Assembly: GCF_000011805.1 (NCBI RefSeq)
Contig: NC_006841.2
Direction: 5' to 3' (one strand)
DNA from: Aliivibrio fischeri ES114
Lineage (GTDB): Bacteria > Pseudomonadota > Gammaproteobacteria > Enterobacterales > Vibrionaceae
DNA: 32,000 nt
Of the stretch, positions 26,821 through 32,000 are shown piece by piece (position 1 is the stretch's first letter; every line of letters begins with the position of its first letter). The notes beneath the pieces are model-generated. The model made no database searches, was not told the DNA's origin, and saw only the letters and a list, made by a program, of their open reading frames with translations. Made by a program: the position numbers and the translations under genes.

Positions 26821-27940
26821 ATGTATGCTTATAAGCAATGTATGAAATGTTCATTTCATCATTAAAATAATAACTTATGTTTTTAGATATAGGGTATGAA
26901 TAACTATAAGATTGTTTTTCTCTAGGGCCTGATAGCAGGTTGTATGCATAAGTCATTTTACTATTCTTTACCATACCAAATTGAAATCGTAGTGAAAGCA
27001 GATTATCGTCATCAATTTTTTTTATTAAATATTTATGATGATTTTTATTCTTTATTGGGGTTATTTTATTGACTGAGGCATAGCCAAACCCTCCAGAATA
27101 GCCAGACTCTTTGATATAAGTTGTCTTTTTTGAAAAATAATCATTGTTGTTTGTTTTTTCTAAGTCAAAGTTTATAAATAACTCCCCATTATATTTTTTG
27201 TTATTTAACGATCTTAATTGTATTTCTGCTGATAACGAAGTTAATTTATCTTTTTTCACTAATAATAAATCCATATCATCATCAAATTTAACATTAGATA
27301 TTAAATCTGCCATCTTAATCGGTGTTGATTCTTTTTTAAAATAAATGGCATTATAAACGTTAATACATATATTTTTTTTAAGCTTGCATGCTGAAATTGA
27401 GATGAAATTATTTTGATTATTTATAAAATATTTAACATCATCTTCTAATTTCAGATTGCTAGTATCGAATTTATTTGATGCAGATGTAGTTACTATATTA
27501 TTATTTATTTTTTTGAATTTGAACGATGTCAGTTTTTCATTTCCTAAATTAGAAACTGGGTATTCTAATATTAGTATAGATATCATGCTTAAAAACAAAA
27601 CTAAAGCAGAGTACATTCCCATACCTTGCTCTTGAACGAGATGTGCAGCTTTGTACCCTTTACCTTTTACTGTTTCGATTGGTTCTAAGCCATGCATGCT
27701 TAACTTCTTACGCAGCAAGGAGATAGCTTGCGGAACGACTGATGAATGACATTTAATTTCTTTACACCATGAATGGTTACGAATCTCTTCTTTACTAAAG
27801 ATAACGGTAGGATTTTGTATCAGTAAAGATAGAATATTTCGTTCTACTGAGTTTAACTTTATTTCCTTATTACTTTTTGTGATGATCTTTTTTTCATTTA
27901 TCAGTAATGTGAAATTATGAAATTTAATTTTATTAGACAT
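26819..27940 (-). CDS. Second ToxR/CadC-like membrane-anchored winged-helix regulator with a periplasmic domain of about 250 aa
   Basis: 373 aa. The wHTH pattern is FHNFTLLINEKKI...IKLNSVERNILSLLIQNPTVIFSKEEIRNHSW...VVPQAISLLRKKL...IETVKGKGYKA. The TM segment is MYSALVLFLSMISILIL. The large C-terminal domain is Asn/Lys-rich. Confidence 0.65.
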   Translation of the reverse strand: MSNKIKFHNFTLLINEKKIITKSNKEIKLNSVERNILSLLIQNPTVIFSKEEIRNHSWCKEIKCHSSVVPQAISLLRKKLSMHGLEPIETVKGKGYKAAHLVQEQGMGMYSALVLFLSMISILILEYPVSNLGNEKLTSFKFKKINNNIVTTSASNKFDTSNLKLEDDVKYFINNQNNFISISACKLKKNICINVYNAIYFKKESTPIKMADLISNVKFDDDMDLLLVKKDKLTSLSAEIQLRSLNNKKYNGELFINFDLEKTNNNDYFSKKTTYIKESGYSGGFGYASVNKITPIKNKNHHKYLIKKIDDDNLLSLRFQFGMVKNSKMTYAYNLLSGPREKQSYSYSYPISKNISYYFNDEMNISYIAYKHT

Positions 27941-28164
27941 TGTAATCCCTATATTCTAAATGACCTATGATTCTCAAATATGATATTTAAAATGTCTATG
28001 ATTATTAGGGATTATCTTTAGATTAATTTGATTATATAGAATTCTATTTAAGTGCTTTATTGGTTTTTATTTTTTTTCATTTTTTTATTTCTAACGATGT
28101 CGCAGTTATGAGAGGATGGAATTCTGTTACTTATTTAATCGATATATTTTATAAGGATATTTAT

Positions 28165-28362
28165 ATGGAAAGAATCACTCTTATATGTAATTCAATGCAA
28201 TCATTTATGGACCTTTGTGAAAATAATTTAGTTACCTCATGTTTTGTTCATTGTACTTTTATCGTCGAGTTAAGTGATTTTAAATGGATGGAAAAACGGT
28301 TAAAAGATAAAAGCGGTAATGGTTTGTCTGTGACCAAATTAGTCAAAGATGGCTACTTCTAA
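28165..28362 (+). CDS. Small Cys-rich hypothetical protein (65 aa)
   Basis: ATG at 28165 with an AAGGA RBS 7 nt upstream; the track start at 28060 is a TTG in AT-rich promoter DNA. Sequence MERITLICNSMQSFMDLCENNLVTSCFVHC... I see no recognisable motif. Confidence 0.3.
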   Translation: MERITLICNSMQSFMDLCENNLVTSCFVHCTFIVELSDFKWMEKRLKDKSGNGLSVTKLVKDGYF

Positions 28363-28450
28363 AAGGTAAATTTACATACTAGCGAAGAAATACTTGGAAA
28401 CTTATTTGATAGGAGTAATATCAAGCAACCATTAACAGTGAGATCTCAAA

Positions 28451-29539
28451 ATGAAAATAAAAATTCTCTCTATGCTTGTTGCTTCTTGTGTTGCCTATTC
28501 AGCCAGTGCTTGTACCGGTATTTCTCTTTCAACGACTGAGCACGATTATATTCAAGCGAGGACGATTGAGTGGGGACAAAATGATCTTAACAGTAAGCTT
28601 ATTATTTCTCCGCGTAATCATGCTTACGTTTCAACGATGCCAGATCAAAAAAAGGGATTAAAATGGAATTCTAAATATGGATTTGTCGGTATTTCAGTCA
28701 GTGATGACCGATTTATTGCAGATGGCGTTAACGAAGAAGGATTAACCGCTGGACTGTTTTATTTTAAGAATTACGGCTCGCTAGAGAAGTATGACCCAAG
28801 TGATACGACAAGAACCATTACAGATATGGATTTTAACCGTTGGATTTTATCGCAATTTAAAACGGTAGATGAAGTAGAGCAAGCGATTAATAAAATTAAA
28901 ATTGTTCCAGTATATATTGATGCGAAAGGTAATCCATCACCGACGGCACATTGGCGAGTTGCAGATAAACAAGGGAATAATATCGTAATTGAAATAATGA
29001 ACAACGGTGAGGTTAATATTCATAAGAATACGGCGAAGGTATTAACCAATGCTCCTGACTACCAATGGCAAGTGACTAATCTTAATAATTATATTCATTT
29101 GTCTCCAGGCTCAAGCCAAGGGCAGAAAATCAATGAGGTAAATGCCTTTTCATTTGGTGTCGGTTCAAGTTTCTTAGGTCTTCCTGGGGATATTACGCCT
29201 CCATCTCGATTTGTGCGAGCTGCATTTTATGTGAATTCAGCACCTGTTATGAAAACAGAAGAGCAAGCGGTATCACAAGCATTCCATATTTTGAATAACT
29301 TTGATATTCCAATTGGTAGTGAGTTTAGTGCTAAAGAGCATATTCCTGATTTACCTAGCGCAACTCAGTGGACCTCGGTAATTGATCAAACTAATGGTGC
29401 ATTTTTTTATAAAACAATGCGAGATAGTACGATTAAGAAAGTAGATTTAACTAAAATAGATTTTAATCAAAAAGAAGAGGTGAAACGCCCACTCGATTCA
29501 GGGCGTTTTCATGTGATTGATGTGACTGGTGGATTGTAA
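28451..29539 (+). CDS. Secreted choloylglycine hydrolase / penicillin V acylase family Ntn-hydrolase
   Basis: 362 aa. The signal peptide ends in ASA|CTGISL, so signal-peptidase cleavage would expose the N-terminal nucleophile Cys typical of this family. R17 (mature numbering) lies in IQARTIEW. Size is typical of PVA/BSH enzymes. Confidence 0.8.
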   Translation: MKIKILSMLVASCVAYSASACTGISLSTTEHDYIQARTIEWGQNDLNSKLIISPRNHAYVSTMPDQKKGLKWNSKYGFVGISVSDDRFIADGVNEEGLTAGLFYFKNYGSLEKYDPSDTTRTITDMDFNRWILSQFKTVDEVEQAINKIKIVPVYIDAKGNPSPTAHWRVADKQGNNIVIEIMNNGEVNIHKNTAKVLTNAPDYQWQVTNLNNYIHLSPGSSQGQKINEVNAFSFGVGSSFLGLPGDITPPSRFVRAAFYVNSAPVMKTEEQAVSQAFHILNNFDIPIGSEFSAKEHIPDLPSATQWTSVIDQTNGAFFYKTMRDSTIKKVDLTKIDFNQKEEVKRPLDSGRFHVIDVTGGL

Positions 29540-29550
29540 TTTATTAAATA

Positions 29551-29585
29551 AAAATAAGCTTCATGCTGGGTGAAGCTTATTTTTC
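29551..29585. terminator. Bidirectional terminator shared by convergent genes
   Basis: Stem ATAAGCTTCA (29554..29563) / TGAAGCTTAT (29571..29580) with loop TGCTGGG, an A-rich run before it and TTTT after it. The last codons and stop of the minus-strand gene lie inside the hairpin. Confidence 0.65.
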
Positions 29586-31267
29586 TTCGACTTCTTGCGT
29601 TTCCGCTTGTTAATGTACATCGCTTTATCAGCTTGCTCTAACGCACTTTTTACGTCGTGTTCTATTGAAGAGACACCAAAAGAGAAGGATAAATCTAGAC
29701 CTTTTTGTTGAAAATGTTCTTCAAAACTCGTTCGTATAGCGGCTAATTTTTTATTTATGTTTGTTGTGGAGGTTGAATCAAAGCATAAAATAAACTCATC
29801 TCCACCAAAACGAATTAATAAATCTTCTTTTCTTAAGTATTTATTAATTAAACGTGCACCTTCTTTGAGTTGTAGATCACCACACTGATGTCCGAACTCG
29901 TCATTAATGCTTTTAAAACCGTCCAAATCAATAAACGCCATGGTGTTATACAAATTTGTGTCTATGTGATTTAACTTTATCTTTGTAAAACAGCCTGTTA
30001 ATGGGTCTATCGCAGCATTTCCTTCTTGATCATCTTCATAGACGAAAGTCATAATGAAAGTTTTATCAAAATATTTAATTTTCTGTCTATAAGTATGAAA
30101 GTGTTGTGTGCAACTTCCTACTTCTACCGTCTCATTGGAAATCAGAATATCTGAGCTTTTGTTTAATAATTGTTGGTCAAGTTGCAAGCAGGTCTGATAG
30201 TCAGGATATCTGGCCAACACTTCGTCAACTGGCATTCCGACTAAGCTACATCCAAGGTAGTCGATATGTTTTTGATTATTATAGATTGCCACCCCATGTT
30301 CATCTCGTAAAATGAAAAGACAATTACAATGTTTCATTAAATTTGTTGTAAAAAGAATTGATGGGCTTTTAATCCCATCAAGCAATTCTTGATACTTTAA
30401 ATTTAACGCGCTTAAATTAAAATTATTATAATCAATACCAAGTAAATTAAATGGGTCTTGACGTTTTAGGTTGCTAAGAGCGACAGTGAGTTCAGTATTA
30501 TTTCTAGCAATGTTTACATTATAAATAAAACGATCAATAGGTTCATTGTATTTATTATCACTGTTTAATGGACGATTATTTTTTTCTTTATGTCGTGAAT
30601 TAAGTTCATTTAGTTCTAACGGATACGATAAATGATAACCTTGTGATATGACAGATCCAAAAGAATTAATTAAGTTTAACTGATTTATATTTTCAATGCC
30701 TTTTATCGCTACTTTATAACCGAGAAATTTATGTAATTTATGATATAAAGAGCGTAAAAAACAAAATGACAAATAGTCATCACTAATTGTACTAATAAGA
30801 GCACGATCAATTTTTATATAATCAAAATTGAGTCCTAGTAATGGATCAGAGTGCTTGCATTCTGTTCCATAGTCATCAAGAGTAAAAAGTACGCCTAATG
30901 CCTTCAATCGTGACATATTTTGCTTTATTTTCTCTAACTCATAGACTTGGTTTTTGAAGTTAAGTTCTAGAGTAAATCCTTGATGTTGAGAAAATATTTG
31001 TTCGCAATGTTCAACAAACTCATTTGATTCCAGACTTTTTGCGAATACGTTTATCGAAATATGAATGTTTTCGTTGTTTTTTAACGTTAATTTGTCTGAT
31101 ATGACATGCGAAACAACCTCTTTATCAAAAGACGTTTTATCTTCAAGTGATTCAATGAATTCATTTGGAAGAATCGTTGAGTCTTTAAATCTAATTAATG
31201 CTTCGTAAGAAACAATAGAACCTTCAAAGAAGTTAGGCTGATAAATGAAGTATTTATTCATAATCAT
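29561..31267 (-). CDS. c-di-GMP turnover protein with inverted domain order: EAL, PAS-like, GGDEF
   Basis: 568 aa. The N-terminal EAL has YQP...YEALIRF, INV, DDYG, KIDR and QGY, but EGVE reads KGIE and ExTE reads ELNF. The central part is PAS-like (FILRDEHGVAIYNNQKHIDYLG). The C-terminal GGDEF has DPLTG, FIDLDGFKSINDEFGH and RFGGDEF. An I-site RKED sits exactly 5 residues before GGDEF. Confidence 0.85.
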   Translation of the reverse strand: MIMNKYFIYQPNFFEGSIVSYEALIRFKDSTILPNEFIESLEDKTSFDKEVVSHVISDKLTLKNNENIHISINVFAKSLESNEFVEHCEQIFSQHQGFTLELNFKNQVYELEKIKQNMSRLKALGVLFTLDDYGTECKHSDPLLGLNFDYIKIDRALISTISDDYLSFCFLRSLYHKLHKFLGYKVAIKGIENINQLNLINSFGSVISQGYHLSYPLELNELNSRHKEKNNRPLNSDNKYNEPIDRFIYNVNIARNNTELTVALSNLKRQDPFNLLGIDYNNFNLSALNLKYQELLDGIKSPSILFTTNLMKHCNCLFILRDEHGVAIYNNQKHIDYLGCSLVGMPVDEVLARYPDYQTCLQLDQQLLNKSSDILISNETVEVGSCTQHFHTYRQKIKYFDKTFIMTFVYEDDQEGNAAIDPLTGCFTKIKLNHIDTNLYNTMAFIDLDGFKSINDEFGHQCGDLQLKEGARLINKYLRKEDLLIRFGGDEFILCFDSTSTTNINKKLAAIRTSFEEHFQQKGLDLSFSFGVSSIEHDVKSALEQADKAMYINKRKRKKSKKNKLHPA

Positions 31268-31813
31268 CGTTATTATTTTACTAGAAAAATTGTCGCTAAT
31301 GTAGCACGCTTTATTTATATTGCCTTTGAATATTTATAGTACAAATCAAGACATTGATCACATTTATAAATTGATTATATATGTATCTGAGAATCCGTGA
31401 TTTATCTAGAGCATTACTATCCACCAAAAGGTGATTATGAATATAACGTTATGAATAAATTAATCTAAAATATTTTAAATTAATGCCTGTTAAGTTGTTG
31501 ATATTTTGTCATTTATCTCTTTTTTGATGTTGAGCCCCACTCCTTACTAACAATTTAGTCATGTAGAATTAACTTTTAATATTACAAATGGAAATGGTTG
31601 TTGACAAAAATATGCGTATTCAAGATCTCTGTGTGAAAAAACAAACTCAAATAAAATGTGATGCATCAGTCGGTTTTCTTTTAAGCCCTGAAGAAGTTTC
31701 ATATATTGAAATGTTATTGGATGTGAAAATCATTTTTGCCAATTCTTTTTCAAATTAAATAGACAATAAACATTAATAAAGGACAAGGTTTGAAGCATTT
31801 ACAACGTATTTTT

Positions 31814-32000
31814 ATGAATCTTAAAGTTAGGTATCAAGTTCTATTACCCGTTGTGATCGCCGTATCACTTACAGCGGTGTTATCTATGGTAATAATGAGT
31901 AGCTATGATCGCTTAGAATATAACTCAATATCAATGGACCATAATTCTTCAGATAGTACTAAACTTACAGAAGCTCAAGAAAAATTGTTACATTTAAGAA
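31814..32000 (+). CDS. 5' end of a membrane-anchored protein (sensor or chemoreceptor-like), truncated by the window edge
   Basis: The frame is open from 31763 to the window end. ATG at 31814, with an alternative in-frame TTG at 31790. N-terminus MNLKVRYQVLLPVVIAVSLTAVLSMVIM is a TM helix. Not in the ORF track because no stop lies within the window. Confidence 0.4.
   Translation, partial: MNLKVRYQVLLPVVIAVSLTAVLSMVIMSSYDRLEYNSISMDHNSSDSTKLTEAQEKLLHLR

Noticed and set aside
27144-30315. Nested ORFs at 27144..27344, 28476..28661, 28771..29004 and 30106..30315
   Set aside because: Each lies inside a longer, motif-supported CDS in another frame or on the other strand.

Overview
This is an AT-rich, Vibrionaceae-type accessory and regulatory region. 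My best guess is Aliivibrio (Vibrio) fischeri chromosome II. The 927-aa hybrid kinase at 20932..23715 has its H-box His at residue 412, receiver Asp at 709 and HPt His at 867 by my own count. That length and those residues match what I remember for the symbiosis regulator RscS, but a database search is needed to confirm it. The layout has five parts. (i) 121..2438 is an overlapping regulatory tricistron: an XRE-type HTH protein, a receiver fused to a degenerate EAL domain, and a stand-alone HPt. (ii) 2789..14243 is a complete Tad/Flp pilus operon (flp, tadV, rcpC, rcpA, a CpaD-like lipoprotein, tadZ, tadA-G). It ends in an OmpA_C peptidoglycan-binding protein that carries a perfect (AATGCT)x20 repeat. 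(iii) 14364..18041 holds a ToxR/ToxS-like membrane regulator pair, followed on the opposite strand by a hybrid histidine kinase that lacks HPt and a degenerate receiver. (iv) 18428..26789 is the glycerol regulon (glpF-glpK, glpR, glpD), split by the antisense AT-rich rscS-like kinase, with GlpR-operator-like boxes at three promoters. (v) 26819..32000 holds a second ToxR-like regulator that is divergent from a small Cys-rich ORF and a secreted choloylglycine-hydrolase/penicillin V acylase family enzyme, then an EAL-PAS-GGDEF protein and a partial membrane protein. I found no tRNA, rRNA, CRISPR, transposase or integrase. The most interesting signal is that the Tad operon is bracketed by complementary parts of what looks like one multistep phosphorelay ending in a probably non-catalytic EAL domain. 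All domain calls rest on motifs read by eye; no searches were run.
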